Origin: Gemmatimonadota bacterium
Lineage (GTDB): Bacteria; Gemmatimonadota; Gemmatimonadetes; Gemmatimonadales; GWC2-71-9
NCBI GenBank assembly: GCA_031400975.1
Contig: JANNQX010000145.1
Location: forward strand, 7,754-71,753
Reading direction: 5' to 3'
Length of the DNA: 64,000 nucleotides
In this document: positions 9,246 through 20,263 of the stretch, piece by piece
Position numbering within the stretch: the first letter of the stretch is position 1
Layout: each line of letters opens with the position of its first letter
Notes under the pieces: generated by a model
What the model was told of the DNA's origin: nothing
The model's database searches: none
Seen by the model: the letters and a program-made list of their open reading frames with translations, nothing else
Translations under genes and position numbers: made by a program

Positions 9246-10483
9246 CCCGTCTCGGCCCTCTCGCGGCCGCGTTCATGGTGGGGACGAGCGTCACCGGCGC
9301 GGCCCAATCCCCGACCGATCCCGCTGTCGCCACGGCCCTCGAGTTGCTTCGGAAGGACAACGCCTGGACCATCGAGCAGCAGGTCTCGCTCTGCGAAATC
9401 CCCGCCCCGCCGTTCAAGGAGGCCCCCCGCGGCGCCGAATTTGCCCGCCGGATGGAAGCGTTAGGCTACCGGGCCGCGATCGACCAAGTGGGGAACGTCA
9501 TCAGTGTCAAAGCCGGCACCGGCGGCGGGCGCCGCCTGGTCCTAGCCGCCCATCTCGATACCGTGTTTCCCGAGGGCACCGATGTCAGGGTCACCCGTGA
9601 GAACGGCCGGCTCAAGGGCGCGGGCATCGGCGACGACTGTCGCGGGCTGGCGGTCGTCTTGGCGGTGGCCCGAGCGATGGCCATCGCCAAGGTCGCGCCT
9701 GCTGGGGACGTCGTCTTCGTCGCGAATGTCGGTGAGGAGGGCCCCGGGAATCTCAGGGGCGCCAAGCATTTGTTCGAACAGAAGTCCGCCGGCCCGATCG
9801 ATGCTTTTGTTTCGGTCGACGGCATCGGCCTCGGCATGGTCACCCGGGCGGTCGGAAGCAATCGCTACCGGGTCACCTATCAGGGACCAGGCGGACACAG
9901 CTTCGGCGACTTCGGGATGCCCAATCCAATCCACGCCATGGGCCGGGCTATTGCCGCGATCGCCAACCTCGAGGTCCCCGCCTCACCCCGAACGATCTTC
10001 AACGTCGGCGTGGTCGAGGGAGGTACCTCGGTGAATTCGATCGCCGCCCTGGCCACCATGCAAGTCGACCTCCGGTCGGAGTCGGCCCAGGCCCTCGCCA
10101 CCCTCGACGTCGCCGTTCAACGGGCCCTCCGGTCAGCCGTCACCGCCGAACAAGGCCGGTGGCCGGGCTCTGCCACGCCGCTGGAGGTATCGATCGACGT
10201 GATCGGACGGCGAGCAGCGGGCACCCAGCCCGATACGTTGTGGCTCGCGCGCGCCGCGCAGGCGGCCGCCCAAAAGCTCGGATTTTCGGCCCCCGCGGGA
10301 GTGGCCGGGAGCACCGATGCCAATGTTCCCATTGGGCTCGGCATTCCGGCGTTGGCGATCGACGGGGGCGGTCGCGGCGATGGCGCCCATTCGTTGGGAG
10401 AATGGTATGAGGACGGCGACCGGGGGTTCCTCGGCCCCCAGTGGGCCCTCCTGATCGTCTGGGCCGCCACCACGGCCCGTTGA
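9242..10483 (+). CDS. M20/M25/M40 family metallopeptidase (tripeptidase/PepT-like), secreted
   Basis: 413 aa with a signal peptide and the motifs AHLDTVFP, GIGDDCRGLAV and NVGEEGPGNLRGAK (metal ligands). ATGA overlap with RidA. Confidence 0.85.
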   Translation: MTRLGPLAAAFMVGTSVTGAAQSPTDPAVATALELLRKDNAWTIEQQVSLCEIPAPPFKEAPRGAEFARRMEALGYRAAIDQVGNVISVKAGTGGGRRLVLAAHLDTVFPEGTDVRVTRENGRLKGAGIGDDCRGLAVVLAVARAMAIAKVAPAGDVVFVANVGEEGPGNLRGAKHLFEQKSAGPIDAFVSVDGIGLGMVTRAVGSNRYRVTYQGPGGHSFGDFGMPNPIHAMGRAIAAIANLEVPASPRTIFNVGVVEGGTSVNSIAALATMQVDLRSESAQALATLDVAVQRALRSAVTAEQGRWPGSATPLEVSIDVIGRRAAGTQPDTLWLARAAQAAAQKLGFSAPAGVAGSTDANVPIGLGIPALAIDGGGRGDGAHSLGEWYEDGDRGFLGPQWALLIVWAATTAR

Positions 10484-10948
10484 TCAGCGCATCCAGCCGT
10501 CGGGACGCCCCTCGGTCAGCAGGATGATCGGCGACTTGAGGTCGCCGGCGAAGACGGTCGACTCGAGCGGCATCGTCCGGTCCAAATCGTCGGCGGTCGA
10601 ACCGATGCAGCAGGTCAGCATGATGTGTAAAACAGGCTGGTCCATCAGGGCCGGCGGAGGCGCCGAACGCCGGGGCCCGAACGCCATTCCATCCCGAATG
10701 GTGGCCGGCACCCGACCACTCACGTACACCGGCAATTCCATCAACGACTGCAACAATCTGTAGGTCAAGGTTGTGGATTCGCCCCCACAGGTGACGACTC
10801 CAAACACCGGTGCATCGAACCTCCCGGTGCGGGGGAAGATCGCGACGCCCCACTGAAACCTGGCATTGCCTTCGTTGGCGATCGTCGTGGTCTCCGAGAG
10901 GAGATCATGGACCGCAATAAGGTTCTGGGGAATCGGATCGACGTTCAT
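10484..10948 (-). CDS. hypothetical protein
   Basis: ATG at 10948 preceded by GAGGAG 8 nt upstream. GC3-rich codons. No family recognised. The longer TTG-started ORF (to 11068) is less likely. Confidence 0.5.
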   Translation of the reverse strand: MNVDPIPQNLIAVHDLLSETTTIANEGNARFQWGVAIFPRTGRFDAPVFGVVTCGGESTTLTYRLLQSLMELPVYVSGRVPATIRDGMAFGPRRSAPPPALMDQPVLHIMLTCCIGSTADDLDRTMPLESTVFAGDLKSPIILLTEGRPDGWMR

Positions 10949-11208
10949 TTCGAGCTCCTCGGGCCTGACGGGATAACGATCTCTGGGGTCCGGAGCCGCA
11001 TAAGGTAGGCCGATCCAACCAAACCCCCGGCGAGACCGAGATTTGAGGGGCCCAGTTGACCCGTTCAAGCGGAGGGAGTGGCCCGGGATCGCAAGAAACT
11101 GCAGGCCTGCTCCCGAGTGTCAAAAACGGCGACGTCGATGGTACCCAACCTCAAGTCGGCCTCAGAACGGCCGATACCTTGGCTCGCAAGGAGAAATCCG
11201 GAGAGCTC

Positions 11209-11532
11209 ATGCGCGTCAGTCTCGAAAACCTGCGGACCGACATGGTCCTAGCCGCCGACATCGTTGATGGGGGAGGTCGTCTTCTCCTACCCACCGGTAC
11301 CGCCCTGACCGAGAAACACCTCCGCTATTGCCAGATGTGGGGCGTGGCTGACGCCGACGTGGTGGGGGACGTGGCCGCCGATGCGGCCAGCAGCGCCCCG
11401 CTTGACCCGGCCCTCGTCGCTGAGGTTGAGGCCGCAACGCTGCTCCGTTTCGCGCACGCTGGGCGGGACCATCCAGCCATCGCCGCGCTGTTCGAACACT
11501 GCGTCCAGCTTCAGCTCAAGAAAGGCGGGTGA
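11209..11532 (+). CDS. small hypothetical signalling-associated protein
   Basis: ATG with AAGGAG upstream. MRVSLENLRTDMVLAADIVDGGGRLLLPTGTALTEKHLRYCQMWGV resembles N-terminal modules I associate with HD-GYP/HDOD-type proteins. Its stop overlaps the HDOD gene start (GTGA). Confidence 0.55.
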   Translation: MRVSLENLRTDMVLAADIVDGGGRLLLPTGTALTEKHLRYCQMWGVADADVVGDVAADAASSAPLDPALVAEVEAATLLRFAHAGRDHPAIAALFEHCVQLQLKKGG

Positions 11533-12389
11533 CCATGGTCCGCCGCCCTGAAGATTTGATCCGCGGTTCGATCGAAGTCAGCTCGATTCAAACCATGTAT
11601 CAGCGCCTGGTTCAAGTCATCGACCATCCGCTCAGCTCAGCGTCCGACGTCGGGAAGGTCATTGCCGAAGATCCCGGTTTGACCGCGCGGCTCCTCCGCC
11701 TCGTCAACAGCCCGATTTACGGATTCCCTTCCCGGATCGAGACCGTCAGTCAAGCGATCAGCATCGTCGGGATGACCCAGTTGCGCGACCTGGCGATCGG
11801 GACCTCGTTCATCCGGCTCTTCACCGACGTCCCGTCCCACCTGGTCGACATGGATTCGTTCTGGCGCCACAGCATCGCCTGCGGTCTCGCCGCGCGGCTC
11901 CTGGCAGGTCAGCGGCGGGAAGCCAACGTGGAGCGCTACATGGTCGCCGGGCTACTCCATGACATTGGCCGTCCGATCATCTTCATGCGGGCCCCACTCG
12001 AATCCGCGTCGGCCCTCCTCGAAGCCAGCCAGACCGGCCAGCCGTTGTTCGAAGTCGAGCAGAAACTCCTCAGCTTTCACCACGGGGCCGTTGGAGCGGC
12101 GCTCCTCGAACGGTGGCGGCTCCCCGCCGCCTTGGTCGAGTGCGCCGCGTGGCACCACGCCCCCCGGCTGGCCTCCCGGTTTCCGGGTGAGACCGCCGTC
12201 GTCCATGTCGCGGACATCATTGCCAACGCGCTGCAGCTCGGATCGAGCGGCGAGCATCGGGTGCCGAGGTTCGACCCCGCGGCCTGGGAGACGGTTGGCC
12301 TGTCGCCCTCGGTGCTGCCGGGCCTCCTCAAACAATTGGAGTTTCAGTTCGTCCATGCCGTGGCCGCGATCCTCGGCTCCGAGCACTGA
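11529..12389 (+). CDS. HDOD domain signal-transduction protein
   Basis: 286 aa with hallmark HDOD stretches: VIAEDPGLTARLLRLVNSPIYGFPSRIETVSQAISIVGMTQLRDLA ... GLLHDIGR. Confidence 0.85.
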   Translation: MTMVRRPEDLIRGSIEVSSIQTMYQRLVQVIDHPLSSASDVGKVIAEDPGLTARLLRLVNSPIYGFPSRIETVSQAISIVGMTQLRDLAIGTSFIRLFTDVPSHLVDMDSFWRHSIACGLAARLLAGQRREANVERYMVAGLLHDIGRPIIFMRAPLESASALLEASQTGQPLFEVEQKLLSFHHGAVGAALLERWRLPAALVECAAWHHAPRLASRFPGETAVVHVADIIANALQLGSSGEHRVPRFDPAAWETVGLSPSVLPGLLKQLEFQFVHAVAAILGSEH

Positions 12390-12392
12390 CCC

Positions 12393-14156
12393 GTGAAAAC
12401 GACGATCAGCGAAGCCAGCCGGATCGCAAACGGCCACCCCGCCGATTCGGCCCGGGCGATGAACCGTTGGCTCCTCGACGCCCTCGACCACGTCGCCACT
12501 GTCGGCATCGTTCAACCCGGCGAGCAGGACGGGGACGGGCCTGAAGGCCTGTTTGCTCAAGCCGGCCAGGCCCTGTTTCGGATCGCCCCGTTCGACGGGG
12601 GGGCGTTCTTCCGCCTCGATCAAGAGAGCGCCGACTTCCCGATGACCTGGCATGAGCCGGCTGGCCGGGGCTCCCAGTTCGCCGCCGAGATCGAAGCCCA
12701 GATTACCCGGGGCGTCTTCGCCTGGGCCCTTCAGAACAGCCATCCAGTCCTCGTTCCCGGCGTGACCTTCGACGGCACCGCGGTCCTTCATGCCCTGGCG
12801 ACCCGGAGCGGCCCGATTGGAATGTTCCTTGGCACGATACCCGATCGGGCCACCTTCATCCCCGACGGCTGCCAGAAACTCCTCTCGATCGTCCTGACCG
12901 GTTGCGCCGCCAACCTCCGGTCGGAGGAGCTTCGAACCGAACTCCGCCGGACCAATCGCGGCCTCGAAGCCGCGATTGAAGAGCGAACGGCCGAGCTTCG
13001 CCAGGCCCGCGATGCCGCCTTCCGGGCATCCCAAGTCAAATCGGAATTCCTGGCCAACATGAGTCACGAAATCCGGACCCCGATGAATGCGGTGCTCGGC
13101 ACGGTGGCGATGCTGATGGACACCGGGCTCCCGCCCGAACAACGGTCCCTCGCCGAAACCATCGACCGCTCCGGGCGGGACCTCCTGACGATCATCAACG
13201 ACATCCTCGACTTTTCCAAGCTCGAGGCCGGCAAGCTGCGGATCGACGCCATCCCCTTTGACCTGCCGGATACGGTCAATGGCGTGGTGGCGTTGCTGAC
13301 GGCCAAGGCCGAGGCCAAACAAATCCGCCTCCGAGCCAAGATTGCCGATGGAACCCCAACCCATGTGACCGGCGACCCAGGGCGGTTGCGGCAAGTGCTG
13401 ACCAATCTGATCGACAACGCGATCAAATTCACCGAGCAAGGCTTCGTCATGCTCCACGTGGCGCCGCTGCCGGCACCGGACGGAATCAGCACGGTGTCGT
13501 TCACGATCCGTGACTCCGGCATCGGGATCCCGCGAGACAAACTGGCCAAGATCTTCGAGAAGTTCACCCAGGCCGACACCTCCACCACCCGGAAGTTCGG
13601 CGGGACCGGGCTCGGCCTCACGATCTGTCGCCAATTGGCCGAACTGATGGGTGGGGCGATCACGGCGGCGAGCGAACCAGGCAACGGGAGCACCTTCTCG
13701 CTGACTATTCCGTTCAAGCAACCGGCCACCCCGGCCGCGCCGACCGCCGGCGCCGCCAATACGCCCCGTCAGCTCAGCGGGAAGGTCCTGCTGGCCGAGG
13801 ACTATCCCGCCAACCAGCGGATCGCTCGTTGGATGCTCGAACGCCTCGGCCTCACTGTGACCCTCGCCGAGCACGGCAAGCAGGTTCTCGACCACCTGGC
13901 CCGGGACCGGTTCGACCTGATCTTGATGGATTGCCAGATGCCGGAGATGGACGGCTACGACGCCACCAGCGCCATTCGAACCCGTGCGGCGCCCTTCGCC
14001 AAGATTCCGATCATCGCAATGACGGCGGCGGCGTTAGCGTCCGATCGCGATCGCTGCTTGGCTGCGGGGATGAACGACTATATCAGCAAGCCGGTCCAGC
14101 AAGACGATCTGGCCCGGATCTTGGCCAAATGGCTTCCAGAGCCCCAGAATCGTTAG
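12393..14156 (+). CDS. hybrid sensor histidine kinase/response regulator (GAF-like N-terminus, HisKA, HATPase_c, REC)
   Basis: H-box [22 protein letters not shown] boxes ([27 protein letters not shown]) and a C-terminal receiver ([10 protein letters not shown]...[15 protein letters not shown]...K). Confidence 0.9.
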   Translation: MKTTISEASRIANGHPADSARAMNRWLLDALDHVATVGIVQPGEQDGDGPEGLFAQAGQALFRIAPFDGGAFFRLDQESADFPMTWHEPAGRGSQFAAEIEAQITRGVFAWALQNSHPVLVPGVTFDGTAVLHALATRSGPIGMFLGTIPDRATFIPDGCQKLLSIVLTGCAANLRSEELRTELRRTNRGLEAAIEERTAELRQARDAAFRASQVKSEFLANMSHEIRTPMNAVLGTVAMLMDTGLPPEQRSLAETIDRSGRDLLTIINDILDFSKLEAGKLRIDAIPFDLPDTVNGVVALLTAKAEAKQIRLRAKIADGTPTHVTGDPGRLRQVLTNLIDNAIKFTEQGFVMLHVAPLPAPDGISTVSFTIRDSGIGIPRDKLAKIFEKFTQADTSTTRKFGGTGLGLTICRQLAELMGGAITAASEPGNGSTFSLTIPFKQPATPAAPTAGAANTPRQLSGKVLLAEDYPANQRIARWMLERLGLTVTLAEHGKQVLDHLARDRFDLILMDCQMPEMDGYDATSAIRTRAAPFAKIPIIAMTAAALASDRDRCLAAGMNDYISKPVQQDDLARILAKWLPEPQNR

Positions 14157-17100
14157 GCGGGCCGGCAAGCGATCGTCACTGAGGTACCGGCCTCGAGCCG
14201 GCTCTCGACCTCGATCGTCGCCCCCCATCCTTCGACCAAACGCTTGACGATCGCCAACCCGAGGCCCGACCCGCTGGTGGTGGTGGAAAATCGGGGTTCA
14301 AAAATCCGCTCCAGCCGATCAGCCGGAATTCCAGGCCCGTTGTCGATCACCGCCACCGTGGTGCCGACCACCCGGACTCGGATCGCGGTCGCTCCGGCAT
14401 TCCGGGCATTCTCGAGCAAGTTGACCAAGGTCTCCTTGAGCTCATCACGATGGGCCAGGACCGGCCGTTCGTCGCCCGATTCGAGGGTGACCGTCCCAGC
14501 GTCCGGCGCCAAACCGTAGAGGGCGACCACCTCTTCGCAGACATCGCCTAGTGACGTCGGCTCTGGCGCCGGCCGCCCGACCGAGGGGGCCGCAAACCGG
14601 CTGAACGCCCGGGCGATGGTGTCCAACCGGTCGATCTCGCCGAGAATCCGCCGGGCGGTCTCGTCGAGGATCGGCCCGATCGGCCGTCCGTCACGGTACA
14701 CCCGTTGAAGGTGCTGAATCCCAAGCCGCATTGGGGTGAGCGGATTCTTGATTTCATGGGCGACTTGGTTGGCCATTTCGCCCCAGGCCAACACCCGGGC
14801 GGCTCGTTCCTCGGCCTCTTGGGTTGCCCGGACGTCGGCGGCCATCTTCTTGAGGGCCGCGAATACCGGTTCGAACTCGGCCGTCGGGGCACCGTGCGGC
14901 TCGGGGAGTGCCTCGCCCCGGCCGAACGCCAACGCCGCGTCTCGGAGGTCAGCCGCCGGCCGCGACAGGGCCCGGGCCGAGCGGTTGGCGGCGGCGACCG
15001 CGGCGACCAGCCCCATCACGACCGCCAAGGCAAGAAAGTACGCCAAGTCGAGCTGCTGAGCCCCGATGGTCGGATCGACCGCCGATTGAGGCGCAGCCAA
15101 CATGGCGGCGTCTCCCGTCGGGAGCCGCACGGCCCGGACCCCGAGGCGCGTCGGGGTGACCGACGACGGGCCATCGGTGACCGCCGTCGGCTCCCCATCG
15201 AGCTGAATCCGGTGGAACACCTCGGGATCGATCAGCGGGTTAACCAAACCAAAATCCTCGAAGACCCCCCCTCCGTTCGAAGCCTTCAAGCGTCCATCCA
15301 CGAACAGGACCAGGTTGGCATCAACCCGTTCGCTCAGGAGTTCAAGGGATTGGTCCAAATCCGCACCGCCGACCAGCGGCATGGTCGAGCCCGGGGAGGC
15401 ATCTCGGAGCGTCTGCCCGATGACCAGGTCACGGCGACTCCGGCCCTCGTTGGCCAGTTCGAGGATGTTGAGGAGCGCAAAGCCGCCGGCCGGGACCAAG
15501 AAGAAAACGCCTAACGCGAAGGCGATCCGGGTCCGGAACGCCCGCCACTCGGGCCACCAGGCCGGCCGATCGATCCGGCCGGTCAGCAACCAGCTGGCCA
15601 GGCCGACCAAGCCGAACAGGACCAACAGGTCGACGACAACCAACAACACGCCGCGGACGACCAGGCCCAGCGGCTGCCCAAGCTCGACCACGCCGTTGAC
15701 GTCCCGTGCCCCATCGCCCATCGCAACCGTTCGAGACCCCCGAGCCGTCCACTGCTCGCGCCGCCACAACGTGACCCCCTCGCGGGGCTCCGCCAGCGAA
15801 CCGGTCGGGGCAATCGCCAGCCGATACAGAGGCCGGGCCGAGGGCACCGGATTGAGAAGCCGGCCCAGGCGGGCCTGGGGCATCAGACTGGTCCGGGGCC
15901 CCAAGGCCACAGTCATAACGACGCCCGGCTCAACCCGGATCAGGGCCAAATAGTGGACCGCCGGAATCCGCTGAACCGGGACAATCGCCCGGCCGAGGGC
16001 CGGGGATAACTCCCGAACGGCCCGGCTCACCAACGAATCCGGGAGGTCGAGTTCGTCGAACTTGAGCAGCGCGCGTGCTTCACCGGTCGCATGCCACAGT
16101 CCGAGTGACGCCGGAAACGCCTGGCGCGAGAGCGACGAAGACCGCCACTGAGCGAACAGCTCGGACGTGTTTCGCGGTACCGCCCCGACACCGACCTGAT
16201 CGAGAAACGACTCAAGCAACGGAACCGCGATGGGGTCTGCCTTGGCGCCTAACGATGCGAGATCGGATCGCCCGGCGTTGACCCGGCCCTCGACTTCCGC
16301 GCCCCACACCATCAGCGACGCCGCCGTGCCCACCGCCACGCCGACCCCTGCCAACGTCAGCCACCGCCGGCCCGGCCACACGATTAAGGCCAGACTGGCG
16401 ATCCAGAGGAGCGGGTACCAATCAGGCCATCCGAACCGGGCGTTCCAGATCGCCAACCCAATCCCGCCGGTGGCCACCGCAATCAGCACGCCCGCGATCG
16501 TCGGCCATCGCCGCGAGACCCCCGGCTGCGGCGCCGGCAACAGCGCCGCGGCGATCAGGACGAGTGCCGTCGCCGTCAGAAAGATCGCCAACTGCCACGT
16601 GACCCACCGGTCCATCCCAACCCCGGCGGCCGGGATTTGAATCCCCCGCCCCAACCGGCTCACCAGGTAAGGCGCCGCGACCAACAAGGCCCCCGCAACC
16701 GGGGCCCCCCACCACCCGCCGATCCGGGACCGCCCCAGCGCCACCGCCGCCAGCAGCACCACCACCATGCTGGCCCCGATCAATGGCCCCGCCGCCGCGG
16801 AGAACGGCCCCAACATCGGATGGAAAAAGGTGGTCGACGAGAACAACACCGGGACGTCCACCGCATCGCCCAGCGGAGCCCAAATGACGATCGCCGCGGG
16901 TAACAGCGCTAACCCAAGCCGCCACCAGCCCGGGGCCGATACGATCAGTGCGACGATCAAAGCGAACGCCGACAATACCGCCAGCCGAACGACCGCCAAA
17001 CGAAAGACCCGTTGATGGGAGGCAGCCTGGGTCGGGGGCCGGAGTTGAACGCTGAACAGCAGCCGCCGGCCACCGTCGGGAGTCGGTTCGAAATAGTCGA

Positions 17101-17815
17101 ACACATCCGAGGTGTCGGGGGCAACGCCCGCCGGGAGAATCTCGACCCCGACCCCCGACCGGGCTCCGAACCGTTGGGCGAGGCTCTTGGCCTGGTCGGG
17201 CACCGTAGAATCGGCCGCCAGCAGCAGCGACGCCACCGCGGTTCGCCCGTTGGGGAGATGGCGCCGAGACTCGATGACCGCGTAGTATGGTGACGAGTCG
17301 AAATTGATGGAATCGCCGTCCGCTTGGGGCAGCAGGCGATAGCGACCGGCCCAAATCACCGGAGTGCCGTCGCTCTCGACGATGAGGGCTCCGATTTCGA
17401 GCTGTTCGCGCCTTATCGCCCGGGCAAGTCGGCCAAATGCTTGCTCCCGGTTCACGGTATCGAGCGTGGCCGCGTAACTTGAGACTCGCTCGACCTGAGA
17501 TCGGGCATACTTGACATCTCGGAGCCAGCGATCGGCGGCCGAGACGATGGCCGCTTCCCGAACCGAACTCCAGTGCCGTTCGATCTGATCGATCTGATAA
17601 TGACTTACTCCGAGGAGAACCGCCTTGGCCACCAAAAGACCGGCCAGCAACCTGGCCCCCAAACGACCCCAGGACTGCAGAAACGCCGCGAGGAGCCACG
17701 CCGCCAGCGCCAGGACCGCGACCAGCGCACCCGGGGCCCGAATCCACTCCGCCAACAACAGATCGCCGATCACCAGGAGGACCAACCACCGGTGACCCCC
17801 GATCCCAGACCCGAC
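14153..17815 (-). CDS. very large membrane sensor histidine kinase, NtrY-like catalytic core
   Basis: C-terminal H-box [20 protein letters not shown] plus an HATPase_c domain. It is preceded by ~900 aa with many predicted TM helices. The start is uncertain: I chose GTG at 17815 ([17 protein letters not shown]) because the first ~165 codons of ORF 14153..18310 are antisense to the divergent gene at 17846. Confidence 0.75.
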   Translation of the reverse strand, partial: VGSGIGGHRWLVLLVIGDLLLAEWIRAPGALVAVLALAAWLLAAFLQSWGRLGARLLAGLLVAKAVLLGVSHYQIDQIERHWSSVREAAIVSAADRWLRDVKYARSQVERVSSYAATLDTVNREQAFGRLARAIRREQLEIGALIVESDGTPVIWAGRYRLLPQADGDSINFDSSPYYAVIESRRHLPNGRTAVASLLLAADSTVPDQAKSLAQRFGARSGVGVEILPAGVAPDTSDVFDYFEPTPDGGRRLLFSVQLRPPTQAASHQRVFRLAVVRLAVLSAFALIVALIVSAPGWWRLGLALLPAAIVIWAPLGDAVDVPVLFSSTTFFHPMLGPFSAAAGPLIGASMVVVLLAAVALGRSRIGGWWGAPVAGALLVAAPYLVSRLGRGIQIPAAGVGMDRWVTWQLAIFLTATALVLIAAALLPAPQPGVSRRWPTIAGVLIAVATGGIGLAIWNARFGWPDWYPLLWIASLALIVWPGRRWLTLAGVGVAVGTAASLMVWGAEVEGRVNAGRSDLASLGAKADPIAVPLLESFLDQVGVGAVPRNTSELFAQWRSSSLSRQAFPASLGLWHATGEARALLKFDELDLPDSLVSRAVRELSPALGRAIVPVQRIPAVHYLALIRVEPGVVMTVALGPRTSLMPQARLGRLLNPVPSARPLYRLAIAPTGSLAEPREGVTLWRREQWTARGSRTVAMGDGARDVNGVVELGQPLGLVVRGVLLVVVDLLVLFGLVGLASWLLTGRIDRPAWWPEWRAFRTRIAFALGVFFLVPAGGFALLNILELANEGRSRRDLVIGQTLRDASPGSTMPLVGGADLDQSLELLSERVDANLVLFVDGRLKASNGGGVFEDFGLVNPLIDPEVFHRIQLDGEPTAVTDGPSSVTPTRLGVRAVRLPTGDAAMLAAPQSAVDPTIGAQQLDLAYFLALAVVMGLVAAVAAANRSARALSRPAADLRDAALAFGRGEALPEPHGAPTAEFEPVFAALKKMAADVRATQEAEERAARVLAWGEMANQVAHEIKNPLTPMRLGIQHLQRVYRDGRPIGPILDETARRILGEIDRLDTIARAFSRFAAPSVGRPAPEPTSLGDVCEEVVALYGLAPDAGTVTLESGDERPVLAHRDELKETLVNLLENARNAGATAIRVRVVGTTVAVIDNGPGIPADRLERIFEPRFSTTTSGSGLGLAIVKRLVEGWGATIEVESRLEAGTSVTIACRPA

Positions 17816-17845
17816 CCGTCGCGAGGAGCGCTCCGCTTGGCGGAG

Positions 17846-18415
17846 ATGACTGGGCTCCAGGCTCACCGACTCTTCGACTCGAATCCTCGCCTCCTCGTGC
17901 CGGTCGGCACCCTGCTGTTCCGCGCCCCATACCTTCCGCTCGGCGCCGACGCGTTCATCGTCGACCGCCTCGCCGACGACCTCTCGGCACACACCCGGAT
18001 CGTCCGCGCTCCCGTCATCCCATTCGGGGTCCACTCGGCCTCGGATCCCAACCACCCAGGCAGCGCCGGCCTCACCCGCAAGACTCTCCACCGAATCATG
18101 AACGAACTCGTTGCCGCTTGGGAAGACGAGGCACAGGTCCGCGAGGTCCTCATCCTCTCGACCCACATCGGCGAAGGCCACCTCGAAGCCCTCAGCACGA
18201 TTCGCTCGGTCGGGCGGGTTACCCTGATCGACATCTACGGGGCCCCTTTGAAGGACCTGATCGGCGCCGAGGCCCCTGACACGGCGCTGATCGAGTGGCT
18301 GGCACCGCACCTCGTCTCACCGAGCCGCCAGAACCCCGCTCCCGAGCTGGGAGCCACGATCTATCGGCGGCTATTTGAGCACGCGCTCGGAATCATCGAT
18401 TCGGCTTCCGAGTAA
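17846..18415 (+). CDS. creatininase-fold (creatinine amidohydrolase/MftE-like) protein with degenerate metal site
   Basis: ATG at 17846 inside ORF 17573..18415. LLVPVGTLLFRAPYLPLGADAF aligns with the family motif PVGS(T)EQHGPHLPLGTD but lacks E/H. The later ILSTHIGEGH sits where HGGN is expected. Confidence 0.55.
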   Translation: MTGLQAHRLFDSNPRLLVPVGTLLFRAPYLPLGADAFIVDRLADDLSAHTRIVRAPVIPFGVHSASDPNHPGSAGLTRKTLHRIMNELVAAWEDEAQVREVLILSTHIGEGHLEALSTIRSVGRVTLIDIYGAPLKDLIGAEAPDTALIEWLAPHLVSPSRQNPAPELGATIYRRLFEHALGIIDSASE

Positions 18416-18718
18416 GTCGCACTTCCGGGATTCGGGGTCCCACTCTTGGGGCAAATCGGTCCGCCAAACCCCGAAGAACAACATGGTAAGCAATTCCCCG
18501 ACAACGAGTTACATTTGCCGGTATTGACGGCACGAACCGTTCGTTCCACCGGGGGGTTCCCGACAGCGACCGTGTCCCCGTTTCCAGGCCTGACCATGTC
18601 CAATAAGTGTAGATCGTCAATCGACTTACCGCTGCTTCGTCGCATCTTGAAACCATCGGAACTGGGGCCCCGTATGAGCCCCTGTTCCCGTCCCAATTCG
18701 AGAAAAGGAAAGACCGCA

Positions 18719-20248
18719 ATGAGGTTTTGGGCTTCAGCTCTGCTGCTTGGCGTCTCTGCCCCCGCCGGATCGGCGCAGGAAGTGGCTCCGCGGCTATCGC
18801 TCGTCCAGGCCCTTGAACAGGCCCAACGGTCGAGCCCGACCTATCGGCAGTCCCTCAACGACGCCGGCGCGGCCCGTTGGGGGGTTCGCAATGCCTACGC
18901 CAGCGCGTTGGTGCCCCAGTTGTCGGTCGGCAGCAGTCTCTCCTACACCGGCTCCGGATCGAACACCTTCGGCGGATCGCTCTTCAACCAGTCCTCCCCG
19001 ACGTTGTCCTCCAGCTACGGCCTCAATCTCGATTGGCAAATCTCGGGAGCCACGTTGTCGGCCCCGGGGCAGCAGCGCGCCAACCAGAGCGCGGTCGGCG
19101 AAGACATCAACAATGCCCTGGTCGGGCTTCGCTTTGAAGTCACCTTTCAGTACATCGCGGCCCTTCAAGCGGTGGCCCAATCGGGGGTCGCTCGCCAACA
19201 GGTCAGCCGCAACACTGAATTCTTGGGGCTGGCGCAAGCGCGCTATCAGGTCGGCCAGGCCACCATCCTCGACGTCAAGCAAGCCGAGGTCCAGAAGGGC
19301 CAAGCGGACGTCGCGTTGCTTCGAGCCGAGCAGACAGAAAACGACGCCAAGCTCGAGTTGTTTCGTCGGATCGGTATCAATGCGCCCGCCACGGTGGCGG
19401 ACGTGGCGCTGACCGACTCGTTTCCGGTGACCCAACCGACTTGGGAACTGAGCCAGTTGATGTCGGTCGCGATCGAGCAGAACCCAACCATTCGGGCCTC
19501 CCGGGCTCGAGAGTCCTCAGCGGAATACTCGGTCCGGGCCCAGAAGTCCCGCTATCTACCCTCGCTCAATTTGTCCGCGGGGTGGAACGGTTTCACCCAG
19601 CAGTTTACCAACGAAGGCATCCTCCTTGACGGGTCGTTGGGCCAGGCCCAGGGCAATCTCAGGAACTGCCTCTTCCAAAACAGCTTGATCCGGAGCCTGC
19701 CGGGCGGCGGGATTGGGGGCCAATCCGGCAACGGCGTCATCCCGGACTGCAATAGCCGCTTCAATCTTGACGCCACGGGCGACCAGCTCACGCCGGCCAC
19801 CGTCGCGGCGATCAAGAAAGGCAATAGCGTCTTCCCGTTCAGCTTCACCAGCCAGCCGTTCCGGGCGTCGGTCCAGATTTCCCTCCCGATCTTCGACGGC
19901 TTTCAACGGGATCTTTCGGTCTCGCAGGCCCGGGCTCAACGTGACGATCTTCGCGAACTGGTTCGGGCCCGGGAGCTTCAGGTTCGCACCGACGTGCAGT
20001 CCCGGTATCTCGGCATCCAGACCACCTTCCGCGCCATCGCGGTCCAAGCGGCCAACCGCGACGCTTCGCGTGATCAGCTTCGGCTGGCCCAGGACCGTTA
20101 CCGGTTAGGCGCCGGCAGTGCCCTCGACGTCACCGACGCCCAGAACAATGTCCAACGGGCCGAAGGTGACTATGTCAATTCGGTTTACGAGTATCACAAG
20201 GCCATCGCGGCGCTCGAACTCGCGGTCGGCCGTTCACTGCGCCAGTAG
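18719..20248 (+). CDS. TolC-family outer-membrane efflux protein
   Basis: ATG at 18719 gives the signal peptide MRFWASALLLGVSAPAGSAQE. Two repeats of the TolC helical pattern (LSLVQALEQAQRSSPTYRQ; LSQLMSVAIEQNPTIRASR). The 5' extension of the ORF is low-GC non-coding. Confidence 0.85.
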   Translation: MRFWASALLLGVSAPAGSAQEVAPRLSLVQALEQAQRSSPTYRQSLNDAGAARWGVRNAYASALVPQLSVGSSLSYTGSGSNTFGGSLFNQSSPTLSSSYGLNLDWQISGATLSAPGQQRANQSAVGEDINNALVGLRFEVTFQYIAALQAVAQSGVARQQVSRNTEFLGLAQARYQVGQATILDVKQAEVQKGQADVALLRAEQTENDAKLELFRRIGINAPATVADVALTDSFPVTQPTWELSQLMSVAIEQNPTIRASRARESSAEYSVRAQKSRYLPSLNLSAGWNGFTQQFTNEGILLDGSLGQAQGNLRNCLFQNSLIRSLPGGGIGGQSGNGVIPDCNSRFNLDATGDQLTPATVAAIKKGNSVFPFSFTSQPFRASVQISLPIFDGFQRDLSVSQARAQRDDLRELVRARELQVRTDVQSRYLGIQTTFRAIAVQAANRDASRDQLRLAQDRYRLGAGSALDVTDAQNNVQRAEGDYVNSVYEYHKAIAALELAVGRSLRQ

Positions 20249-20263
20249 GCCGGGAACCCTATC

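Noticed and set aside
11952-13895. 647-aa minus-strand ORF
   Set aside because: It is antisense to the HDOD and hybrid-kinase genes. No recognisable motifs; a GC-rich artefact.
16422-17930. 502-aa minus-strand ORF in an alternative frame of the large kinase gene
   Set aside because: It lies on the same strand but out of frame with a coherent multi-TM kinase ORF, and its translation is Arg/Gly-rich nonsense.
17816-18310. N-terminal ~165 codons of ORF 14153..18310
   Set aside because: This stretch is antisense to the creatininase-like gene, has no hydrophobic or kinase features and contains an acidic/Arg-rich run. The kinase more likely starts near 17815.
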